Shown here in pieces: positions 53,171 to 64,000 of a stretch of DNA of 64,000 bases. Under the pieces are notes generated by a model, which saw nothing but the letters and a program-made list of their open reading frames with translations, ran no database searches and was not told where the DNA came from. The stretch is from Cetorhinus maximus. Taxonomy: Eukaryota. The first letter of the stretch is position 1, and the number at the start of each line of letters is the position of its first letter. The position numbers and the translations under genes are program-made. The DNA lies in NCBI RefSeq assembly GCF_964194155.1, contig NC_135883.1:34596001-34660000 (forward strand). Reading direction: 5' to 3'.

Positions 53171-54994
53171 TGTTGCCACGGTTGGGACGTGTGTGTACCT
53201 TTTAAAAATATTTTATGTCTTCACCTGGGTGGTTTTTTTTTTTGCACAATAAAACCAATCCTTTTTGTGTTTAAAATCAAGAAAGCCTGTCAGACTGATG
53301 GTTTGGCGCATTCATTCTTAAAAATTAAAAAAAAAACCCTGTTACGATCAGTCGAGGAATGGGAACTAAAGGGCAGCCCTGGCATAAGTCCTCACCTGGT
53401 CAGAACACCAAAAACCTTATCCCAGCCACCCCCGCCGCTGCTCATCCAGGAAGCATCTAGCAGTACATCTTCAATGCCTTACGGTGAGCTTGAATTCTAC
53501 CATCACTAACCTCATCACACATCCACTTCCTGTAAAATACAATATTCTCCAACTTACCTTAAACAATGCCAGAGCCCATTTGGTTTAACACTTTTCTTCA
53601 TACGCAGCACCATAATAGCTGGAAGTACGTATTGGTATCTGTAACTTATTCAGCAGTTTTATCAAACAAGCCCCTGATGATGGGTTTTTTTTGTAATGGC
53701 CATTAGAAGTGTTCAAGAATCTTTTCTTCTGGAATTATTTTAATGATTAATAAGCATGATTCCCGACAGAAACGAAAACTCTCCTCTGTAATGTTTGCCT
53801 GGCATCCTTGCATCTATGGAAGATGGCATGCAGCAAACAAATCCATTTCAGATGGGGTGTCTGCATATGGTACACCTGATTATACGTCTCTTACCACTAA
53901 GATATCTGTGCAGATGGGTTATTTTGCTTTACCCTTGTTCCAAAGAATGACAACTAAATTGGAAAAACTGTTCCCTCATCTTTAGGATGTCACAGTCATG
54001 TGGGGTTGAGACATGGAAATATTTTTAATGCTTCAGTCATCTCATACCACTATTGGTTATTCCAATCAAGGAAATCCTCTGCAATGCTCTAGATTTCTTA
54101 CTTTCAGGTGTGATCATCATATAGGGCATGGACTTCACTGCATGTTTAATGTGTGCACCATTATAACTTACAATAGATTCCTCCATATACCATATCATTT
54201 GCTATGTGTGAAATATGCTTTTAATTTTACAGCTTGGCTAAAGAAGCACCTCTTCAGCAAATCAAGGTCTTCCTTCGAGATTTTAAATTTATATTCCATG
54301 AAAAAGATTCCCGGCACATTTTCCTCAGAATTCTTTTTGTGAGGCATTGACAGGCTTAGCCAATATAAGAAAATTGGCATATTTCTCAGAATTTTCAGTG
54401 CTTTCCCAATTGACTAGCTTTCAGTATGAATATTATGGTTTTGCCTTAGGTCCTTTGTAAAAAGAAAACCTTGCATTTGCAGGTTGATAACATGAGTCAT
54501 AACAAAACATAGCAGGGCATGGAATAAGAAAAGGTTTTTCAGTAAAATAAGCTCAAACTTTCAGCAACAGCGCAGGTGAGATGGGGGAGGGCAATATTTC
54601 AGAGGTGAAAATGCCTTGATTAACCTTGATGAACAAGATGTAGTTTTCAAGCTCACCTGAAGACACTGAAGATGCACTGCTAGATTCTTTCTGGATGAGC
54701 AGCTAGGGAGGTGGCTGGAATGAGGGTTTTGGTGTTCTGACCAGGTGAGGACCTGTGCCAGGACTGCCCCTTCTTTCCCCTTCCTTGATTGATTGTAACA
54801 GGGTTTTAAAAAATGTTTTTAAGAATGAATGCACGAAACTGTTTACCTGCCGATTGCAAAGAACTTAGCCTGACAGGCTTTCTTGATTTTAAACACAGAA
54901 AAGTCATTAGATTTATTGTGCAAAAAATGAACCACCTTTTTCGAAACATTAAATATTTCTAAAGAGGTGCACACAAGTCCTGACTGTCGCAACA
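53171..54994. repeat. Inverted duplication, arms ~53171-53504 and ~54637-54994 (solo-LTR-like piece plus flank)
   Basis: tgtgtttaaaatcaagaaagcctgtcag, cctcacctggtcagaacaccaaaa and ctgctcatccag..atctagcagt..ggtgagcttgaa occur in both orientations. Confidence 0.85.
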
Positions 54995-55021
54995 CACACA
55001 CACACACACATGCAAAATCAT

Positions 55022-55658
55022 GGGCAGGATTTTTAGAATGGCATGCGGACGCGCGCCCGACCTGATCGGACGTGAAATCACATGGAATGACATCGGGTGA
55101 GCATCCCAACGTCATCCCTCACTCGCATGTCATTTTGGTCAGTGGGCGCATGCAAAAGTCAGAAGCGGGCCCGCTGACAATTAAGAGGCCCATTAAGGTC
55201 ATTAAAGTTGTAATTATCTACGACTTTTCATGGCCCATCCTGCCTTACGGTTGACAGGTGAATCCACCAGCCGGACTTTGCATTTTTCATGAAACCTCAT
55301 GCAAGGGAGGGATGATGTTTCCATTATTAAATTTTAAAAAAATCTATGGATAGCATTTTTTATCATGTATATGTTCAGATGACTGATTGTGGTGCTTGGA
55401 CATTTTTTTCCTGATTTTACAAACTTTATTTAACTGTTTTCAAGGCTTCAGCTCCCTGAGGCAGCTCTCTGCCTTCAAGGAGTTTTCATTCAACGGTTGC
55501 CTGTGCCCGTGCTTATGTCAGCGCCCGCCCTCCTCCCACCCCCACCCTGGCATCGCTGAGCGTTTCAGCGCACAGGTTGACCGCGAGTGGTGTTCTGTTC
55601 CCCGGCCGATCCTGGGCCTGCTGATCGCACCCACCCTGCCGACCTAAAAGTCCTTCCC
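55022..55658. mobile_element. Harbinger-type MITE related to H2/H4 ends
   Basis: Termini gggcaggattttta / taaaagtccttccc, flanks CAT/TAT, subterminal similarity to 33741-34050. Confidence 0.82.
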
Positions 55659-56129
55659 TATAAATTATACAGTAGAGGAGGTTGACTTTTGGCCATATTA
55701 AGATTCAATGATAAATGCAAAAATAAGGAGTTCACTGTTTGAATCCTTTGCTGTTGTTCATGTTTGAGGCAGCCCTTTAATGGTTGTCTTGAAATTCCAG
55801 TCAGGTTGCAGTTGATATAAACTGTAACTTCTGGAGACAGTTCCTTTTAAATTATAATCTATCTTTTTCAAAAATGGATACTATGCCACCTGAGCTTCCT
55901 TTTGATTGAAATTCTCTATCTTTGCGATGGATTCCAAAATGTATCAGTGATAGGGACTTGAACTTGAGAACAGCAAGAAGAGAGATGGTGTCACTGGTCC
56001 ATTCTGCAGATAATGACTTCTCCTATTTCATTAACCCACAGGTAAGCTTATAATCACAGCTTTTCACAGGGGGTTTTGGTCATGTGACAGCTGCTATTGG
56101 TATACAATGGAATGTGATCCATTTTTTTT

Positions 56130-56640
56130 TGCAGCGAGAGAAACAGTGTGGTCATTTACAGCGAGAGAGTGTGAGAGAAACATTATGGTCACTTACAGGG
56201 TGAGAGTGAGAGAGAAGCAGCGTGGTCATTTACAGGGAGAGAGTGTGAGAGAAGAGGGGCCATTTATAGTGGAAGAGTGTGAGAGAAACAGCGTGGTCAT
56301 CTACAGTGAGAGTGTGAGAGAAGCAGGGCCATTTACAGCTAGAGTGTGCGAGAGAAACAGTGGGGCCATTTACAGGTAGAGAGTGTGAGAGAAGAGGGGC
56401 CATTTATAGTGGGAAAGTGTGAGAGAAACAGCATGGTCATCTGCAGTGAGTGTGTGAGAGAAGCAGGGCCATTTACAGGGAGAGAGTGTGAGAGAAACAG
56501 CGGGGCCATTATGGGAAAGAGCATGAGAGTAGCAGCTTGGTTATTTACAGGGAGCAAGTGTGAGAGGAGCGGGGCCTTTAACAGTGAGAGAGTGAGAGAA
56601 GAGTGTCAGACCATTAAAGACTATGAGAGGGAAAAGAGTG
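56130..56640 (+). repeat. Tandem array of ~35-bp monomers with a 140-bp higher-order repeat at the CR1 5' end
   Basis: gagagtgtgagagaa(a/g)cagNgggccatttacag repeated. Blocks starting 56227 and 56367 align. Confidence 0.85.
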
Positions 56641-56860
56641 TGGAGAGCAGCTGATTGGTGAGTAGGATTGGTGAGTATTTCTACTCTTTAAAGTGTAAGT
56701 AAGGTCTTTAGTTTGTGTTTACATCTCTAGTCTTTTTTTTCCCCTTTTCTTCGAGATAGCTTGTTAAGTATAAGATTGATATTGGTGTCCATAAAAATAA
56801 TTATAACAAAGTGTAAAGAGAAGGGATGCTGGAGTAATTAATTAATCAATTGAATAAAAT

Positions 56861-57826
56861 ATGGTAGCGATGGCAGGACAGGTGACCTTTTGCTGCTACA
56901 GCATGTGGGAGCTGCTGGACACCAAGGTGATCCAAAGCGAACACACCTGTATCAAATGTTTGCAGCTCAAGGAACTTCAGATCCGAGTTAAGGAGCTGGA
57001 GTCCGAGCTGCAGACATTGCACCACATCAGGGAGAGGAAAAGCTACCCAGACACCTTGCTCCAGGAGGCGTTCACACCCCTCAGATTAGGTCATTCAAAT
57101 TTGGTCTGTGATCAGGGACAGGAGGGTGTGACTGCAGGTGAAGCAGGTTTGGGTTCCCAGGGGGTAGCATTCGAGGAGCCTCGGCCCCTGCAACTGTCCA
57201 ACAGTTACAAGGTTCTTGCAAGCTGTGTGGATGAGAGTGGGGACTGCAGGGAGGGTGACCGAACTGACCATGGCACCATGGTACAGGGAGCCATTCAAGT
57301 GGGAGGAGGAAATGGGAACATAGTAGTGGTAAGGGACAGTATAATTATGGGAATAGATACTGTTCTCTGCAGCCGTGAGCGTGAGTCGTGAAGGCTGTGT
57401 TGCCTGCCCGGTGCCAGGGTTAAGGACATCTCCTCAAGGCTGGAGAGGAACTTGGAACGGGAGGGGAGGGATCTAGTTGTCGTTGTCCATGTTGATTCCA
57501 ATGACATTGATATGGCTAGAACGGAGGTTCTTCTGAAAGAATTTGAACAGTTAGGAGTTAAATTAAAAAGCAGAACCTCCAAGGTAATAATCTCGAGATT
57601 GCTAACTGAAACACGGGCAAACTGGCATAGGGTAAATAAAGTCAAGGAATTAAATGCGTAGCTCAGGGATTGGTGTGGGAGGAATGGGTTTCAGTTCATG
57701 GGGCACTGGCACCAGTACTGGGGTAGAAGGGAGCTGTTTGGGTGGGACGGGCTTCACTTGAACCGTGCTGGGACCAATGTCCTTGTGAACTGAATAACTA
57801 GGGCTGTAGAGAAGGCTTTAAGCTAA
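56861..57826 (+). pseudogene. CR1 ORF1: zinc finger/leucine zipper plus SGNH esterase
   Basis: C..C..HTCIKCLQLKELQIRVKELESEL, VVVRDSII..CCLPGARVKDI, VVVHVDSNDI, DGLHLN. In-frame stops. Confidence 0.9.
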
Positions 57827-58013
57827 ACAGTGCAGGGGAGGGTCCAGGAAAGGGGATACATAGGCTTATAAAGCAAAAGGACATGGCAGCCTTGCAGGGC
57901 AGCTATTTAGGTAATGATACCCAGAGTGTGACAAGAAGGGACAGAATGTACAAACATAAAAACAAAGAGCAAATAGGGTCAAAGGGGAAAAAAATGGTAA
58001 AAAGGCAAAATTA

Positions 58014-60700
58014 ATGACCCTTTACTTAAATGCATGTAGTATTCGGAACAAAATAAATGAATTAACAGCACAAAGAGAGGTTAATGAGTATGATCTTATA
58101 GACATTACAGAGACGTGGTTACAAGGAGATCAAAGCTGGAAACTAAATATTAAGGGGTACGTGACTTTTCGAAAGGACAGGCAGGAAGGAGAGGGTGGTG
58201 GGGTAGCTTTGTTAGTATGAAATGAAGTAAGTACGATAGCAAGAAAGGATCTTGGATCGGAAGATGTAGAATCCATATGGGTGGAGGTAAGAAATAACAA
58301 GGGGAAGAAGACACTGGTGGTAGTAGTAATTAGGCTCCCTGACAGTAGCTATACTGTAGGACAGAGAATAAATCAGGAGACAATGAGGGCATGTAAAAAA
58401 GGCTGTACATTAATCATGGGTGACTTTAATCTTCATGTAGATTAGGAAAATAAAATTGGCAGAGGTAGACACAAGCAATAATTCATAGAGTGTATTTGGG
58501 ACAGTTTCTTAGAATGATATGTTGTGAATCCAACCAGGGATCAGGCTATTTTGGACCTGGTAATGTGTAATGAGGCAGGTTTAATACATGATCTCAGAGT
58601 AAAGGATCCCCTAGGAAACAGTGAGCATAATATGGTAGAACTTAGCATTCAGTTTGAGAGTGAGAAACTTGGGTCAGAACAACTGTGCTAAACTTAAATA
58701 AGGGTAATTACAATAGAATGAAGGCAGAGTTGGCTGGAGTGGACTGGGAAAGGAGTTTAGCAGAAAAGATGGTTGATGAAAAATCATAGATGTTTAAGAA
58801 AATAGTTCATGACTCTCAACAAAGATATATCCCCGTGAGGAAGAAAGATTCAAGGAAGGGATAAACCAACCATGGTTAACCAAGGAAGTTATGGAGTGTA
58901 TCAAATTGAAAGAAAAAACATACAATGTGGCAAAGATTAGTGGTAAGCCAGAGGATTGGGAAAGTTTTAAAAACCAACAAAAGATGATGAAAAAAATAAT
59001 AAAGAGGGAGAAAATAAACTTTGAGGGTAAACTAGCAAGTAATATAAAAATAGACAGTAAAAGCTCCTTTCAATATATGAAAAGGAAGAGAGAGGCAAAA
59101 GTGAATATAGGCCACTTAGAGAATGAGGCTGCGGAAATAATTATGGGGACCAAGGAAATGGCAGAGGAGTTGAATAAATACTTTGCTTCAGTCTTCACGG
59201 TAGAAGACACTAATAGCATTCCAATGTTAAATAATCAAGGGGGAAAAGGGGGAAGAAATAAATACAATAATTATCACTAGAGAAAAAGTACTAGAGAAAC
59301 TAATGGGGCTAAAGGTCGATAGGTCCCCTGAACCTGATGGGTCACATCCTAGGATATTAAAGGAAGTAGCTACAGAGATAGTGGACGCATTGGTAATGAT
59401 CTTCCAAGAATCCTTAGATCCTGTAAAAGTCCCAGAGGATTGGAGAATGGCCAATGTAACACCCTTATTCAAAAAGGGAGAGAGACAAAAAACAAGTAAC
59501 TATAGGCCAGTTAGCTTAACATCTGTCATTAGGAAAATGTTGGAGTCTATTATAAAGGATGTAATAACAGAGCATTTAGAAATACATAATCTAATCAAGC
59601 AGATTCAGCATGGCTTCATGAAGGGGAAAACATGCCTAGCAAATTTATTAGAATTCTTTGAGGAGGTAACAAGCAGGATAGATAAAGGGGAACCAGTTGA
59701 TGTAATATGTTTGGATTTCCAAAAGATGTTCTATAAGGTACCGCACACAAGGCTACTTAATAAGAACCCATGGTGATGGGGGTAGTATGTTAGCATGGAT
59801 AAAGGATTGGCTAACTAATAGAAGACAGAGAATTGGGATAAGGGGGGCATTTTCGGGATGGCAACCTGTAACTAGTGGAGTGCCACAGGGGTCAGTGCTG
59901 GGGCCTCAATTATTTACAATATATATTAATGACTTGGATGATGGAAGTGAATGTACTTTTGCCAAGTTTGCGGATGACACAAAAATAGGCAGGTAGGCAA
60001 GTGGTGAGGATGGCACAATAAGTCTACAGAGGGATATAGACAGGTTAAGTAAATGGGCAAAAACTTGGCAAATGGAATATAACATGGGAAAATGTGATAC
60101 ACTTTGGCAAGAAGAATAGAGGAGCTGAATATTATTTAAATGGAGAAAGACTGCAGAAGGCTGCAGCACAGAGGAATTTGGGAGTCCTTGTGCATGAATC
60201 CCAAAAAACTAACATACAAGTTCTACAGGGAATAGGGGAGGCAAATGGAATGTTGGCCTTTAGTTCAAAGGGAATGGTGTATAAAAATAGGGAAGCCTTA
60301 CTAAAATTATACAAGGCACTAGTTAGACCACACCTAGAATACTATGAACAATTTTGGTCCCCTTATCTAAGGAAAGATATAACGGCATGGAGGCAGACCA
60401 GAGAAGGTTCACTAGGTTGATCCCAGGGATGGAGGGATTTTCTTATGAGGAGAGGTTGAGTAGGTTGGGCCAGCACTCATTGGAGTTTAGAAGAATGAGA
60501 GGCGACCTTATTGAAACATTTAAGATTCTTAGGGGGCTTGACAGGGTAGATGCTGAGAGGTTGTTTGCACTTGTGGGAGACTCTAGGACCAGAGGGCATA
60601 ATCTCAGAGTAAGGGGCTGTCCATTTAAAACAGAGATAAGGAGGAATTTCTTCTCTCAGAGGGAAGTCAATCTGTGGAATTCTTTACTGCAGAGGGCTGT
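58014..60700 (+). pseudogene. CR1 ORF2: APE endonuclease plus reverse transcriptase
   Basis: [48 protein letters not shown]. Many stops and frameshifts. Confidence 0.93.
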
Positions 60701-60891
60701 AGAGGCTGGGTCGTTAAGTATATTCAAAGCTGAGAGACAGATTTTTAATCAGTAAGGGAATCAAAGGTTATGGGGAAAAGGCAGGAAAGTGGAGTTGAGG
60801 ATTATCAGATCAGCCATGATCTTATTGAATGGCGGAGCAGACTCAATGGGCCGAATGGCCTACTTCTGCTGCCACGTCTTATGGTTTTATG

Positions 60892-61350
60892 GACTGCTGG
60901 ATCGATCAACACCTTATCCAATCCATTATCTCCATCAGCCTGACCCCTAAACAGCAGAAGCAACAGAAGCAATGTCACAGGAAAATAAACATCAAAGACT
61001 TCAGAGATCCCACCATAGCAGTCCTTCTCAATCAGCGCCTCATTGCCAACCGCTCAAGTTCAAGCTATCAGGAGCTACGCTATGCCCATAGTGCCTGGTC
61101 AACCCTAAAGTCCACTATAACAAACACCTATAAAAAGGTGCTTGGCCTCTCAACTAGGAAACATTGTGAGTGGTTTGATGACAAATGACCAAGAGATACA
61201 GGACAATCAAGCGTAAACACAAACCTTTTGTAGACTGGAAAATTTACCACACCATAAAAAAAAAAGTTGTCCTACAGGCATCTGAAGGCAGGGGAACAGC
61301 ACAAAACTCGCAACACGAAGAATTAATGGTGTAGAAAGATACATGAGATC
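60892..61350 (+). mobile_element. RTE-clade LINE fragment (endonuclease end and linker)
   Basis: DCWIDQHLI..WSTLKSTI..VLGLSTRKHCEWFDD resembles RTE DCWTDHRL and RKHQDWFDEN motifs. Confidence 0.7.
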
Positions 61351-61374
61351 CGAATTAAACATTCAATCTCCCCA

Positions 61375-61773
61375 CCACCAGTGTATCATGGCTGCAATGT
61401 GTACTTTCTACAAGATATACTGCAACAACTCACCAAGGTTTCTTTGACAGCCACCCAAATCTGTGATCTCCACCACCTAGAAAGGCAAGAGCAGCAGGCA
61501 CCAGGCAACACCACTATCTCCAAATTCCCTTCCAAGTCACACAGCATCTTGGCTTGGAAATAGATCGCTGTTCCTTCATCGTTGCTGTATCAAAATCATG
61601 CAACTTAACAGCAGGAGTACCTTAACCTAACAGCACAGCAGGAGTACCATCGCCACACAGACTGCAGCAGTTCAACAAGACAGCTCACCACCACCTTCTC
61701 AAGGGCAATCAGGGAAGGGCAATAAATGCTGACCGTCCCAGTAATGTCCACAGTCAATTAATGAATAAATAAA
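61375..61773 (+). mobile_element. 3' end of CR1-clade LINE (older copy of the 25.3/35.2-kb family)
   Basis: gactgcagcagttcaac..gctcaccaccaccttctcaagggcaatcaggg..caataaatgctg. Confidence 0.82.
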
Positions 61774-61834
61774 AGTATATTTTTCTTTTTCACTACACTC
61801 ATCATTAAACTATGTGCTATTATGCGTCAATGTA

Positions 61835-63310
61835 TGAACATATGAAATAGAAGCGGAAGTAGGCCACTCGGCGCCTCAAGCCTGCTCCGCCATTCAATAA
61901 GATCATGACTGATCTGGTTGTGTTTTAAATTCCACATTCCCATCTACCCCTGATAACTTTTGATTCCCTTGCTTAACAAGAATCTATCTACCTCTGCCTT
62001 ACAAGTACTCAATGACCCTGCCTCCACTGTCTTCGGAGGCGGAATTTCAAAGTTGCACAACCCTTCGAGGGAAAAAATTTCTCCTCATCTCAGTCTTAAA
62101 AGGGCGCCCACTAATTTTAAAACCATGCCCCCTAGTTCTGGACTCACCCACAAAAGGAAGCATCATTTCCACGTCCACCTTGTCAATACCATTCAGGATC
62201 TTATATACATCAACAAATTCCTCACTCTTCTAAACTCCAGTGGAAATAAGCCCTATCTGCCTAATCTTTCCTCATAAGACAACCTGCTCATTCCAGGTAT
62301 CAATCTAGTAAACCTCCTCTGGACTGCCTCCAATGCATTTACATCCTTCCTTAAATAAGGAGACCAAAACTGCACATAATATTTGAGATGTGGTCTCACC
62401 AATGCCCTGTATAACTTAAGCATAACGTCCTTACTTTTATGTTCAACTCCTCTCATAGCTCCTGATAGCTTGAGCTTGAGCAGTTGGCATCAAGGCACTG
62501 ACTGAGAAGGACCGCCATGGTGGGATCTCTAAAGCCTTTGATGTTTATTTTCTTAATTACTTGCTGCACGTTCATACTAACTTTTTGTGACTCATGCACT
62601 AGAATACCTAGATCCCTCTGCAACTTGAACTTCTGCAGCTGTTTTCCTTTTAAATAATACTCTGCCTTTTTATTCTTCCTGCCAAAGTGAACAACTTCAC
62701 ATTTTCCTATATTATACGCCACCTGCCAGATTTTTGCCCACTCACTCAACCTAGCTATATCCGTCTACAACCTCCTTATGTCCTCTTCACAACATACTTT
62801 CCTACTTATCTTTGTGTCATCTGCAAATTTAGCTACCACACCCTCACTCCCCTCATCTAAGCCATTGATATCAATTGTAAAAAGTTGAGGCCCCAGCACA
62901 GAACCTTGTGGATTCCACTCGTCACATCCTGCAAATCAGAAAAAGACCCATTTATGCATACTCTGTTTTCTGCCAGTCAGCCAATCTTCTATCCATGCTA
63001 ATATGTTACCCACTACACCATGAGCTTTAATTTTCCATAATAACCTTTGATGTGGCACCTTATCAAATGCCTTCTGGAAACCCAAGTATAGCACGTCTAC
63101 AGGCATCCCTTTATCCACATCACCTGTTACTCCTTCAAAGAACTCCAAAAAATTGGTTAAACATGATTGCCCTTTCAAGCTGACTCTTCCCAATTACTTT
63201 GAGTTTCTTTAAGTGCCCAGCTATAACCTCCTTAATGATCGATTCTAAAACCTTCCCCACAACAGACGTCAAGCTAACTGGCCTACAGTTTCCTGTTTTC
63301 AGCCTCCCTC
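61835..63310 (-). mobile_element. 5'-truncated CR1
   Basis: SCLTNFLEFFEGVT..FQKAFDKVPHQRL, WAKIWQVAYNIGKCEVVHFG, LYRALVRPHLKYYVQFW. Confidence 0.93.
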
Positions 63311-64000
63311 TCTTGATTTTGTTTCTAAACTGTGTAGCATCTTTATATGATTGGTGTAAGTTTTGTTCGATGCTGATCAGCTCATAGGAGTGATTTTAAT
63401 TATAGTCAAACTTTGTTTATTTTACTGAACACATAATATAAATGATAATATATAATGGAAGGGACGGCATATGACGGTAACTTAATGGTGTATATTTCTG
63501 GATTATGCTGACTGGTCCGGATTTGTGTAGAAAAGAAATGTCTTCTTACTTCTCACTAAAACAGGCTGCTGTTTTCCATGTAGCCTCCCAGTGTGGCTGT
63601 GGGAATGTTTTTTTTAAACACCATTGACCCCTACTTTGCCTGCAAGTCTGATAGAATCTGTTTGTCTGGAGTGTGGAGTTTGGGAACAAGTGAACAATTC
63701 TTTTCATTGCCCTGCTCACATGTTGCAAGAATCAAAGATGGTCAAGATCTTAATCATTCCATGGTGATCACTCCACACAACTCCTTTCCTCACCTGGAGG
63801 TGCAGATTCTTACTGGGGTATGATTGAAGTGTTAGCCATCCTTGGGAGCCTTGCCAAATTGAATATTCTTATATGTGAGCCTACAAAATGAAAGTTGATA
63901 AGCCATTTTACCACTTTGACCATTATTATTGAGCCCAATCTTGTCCATATCTGTTGTCTGTGGAGGTGCAGGTACGCATCATAAATTGTGACCAGGAGCA

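Larger units (their letters stand above)
56130..60891 (+). mobile_element. Near full-length CR1 LINE (inactivated)
   Basis: 5' tandem array, ORF1, APE endonuclease, RT and 3' tail cttatggttttatgg. Confidence 0.95.

Noticed and set aside
56130-56640. CRISPR-like array or repeat-protein ORFs (56107-56379, 56346-56654)
   Set aside because: No unique spacers, eukaryotic context, and the ORFs are by-products of the tandem repeat.
63549-63600. Minus-strand exon ending GAGAA|gtaaga (also candidates near 32370 and 54250)
   Set aside because: Frame ambiguous and no link to the other exons.

Overview
Vertebrate nuclear DNA, most likely from a cartilaginous fish (inferred from the CR1, L2, Deu-type SINE, Penelope and Harbinger repertoire). 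Most of the window is intron packed with decayed transposons. A minus-strand host gene of unidentified family contributes a few small exons (22196-22248, 7078-7267, 6206-6237, 1751-1810) that splice into one open frame. PIF/Harbinger DNA transposons dominate: four near-complete copies with a HARBI1-type DDE transposase facing a Myb/SANT gene, two relics and at least five MITEs with 3-bp TSDs. Also present are many CR1 fragments, one near full-length CR1 with a tandem-monomer 5' region, L2, RTE, Penelope pieces with hammerhead ribozyme cores, a pol-less Gypsy-type LTR element and a Tigger/pogo relic. The most unusual signal is repeated short-range templated copying. One LINE 5' end appears overwritten from a neighbour 10 kb away, including about 55 bp of that neighbour's Harbinger flank. 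There are also two ~100-bp templated insertions and a ~340-bp inverted duplication spanning an LTR/flank junction. No intact transposon ORF and no prokaryotic-type system was found. Identities and boundaries were read by eye and are approximate.
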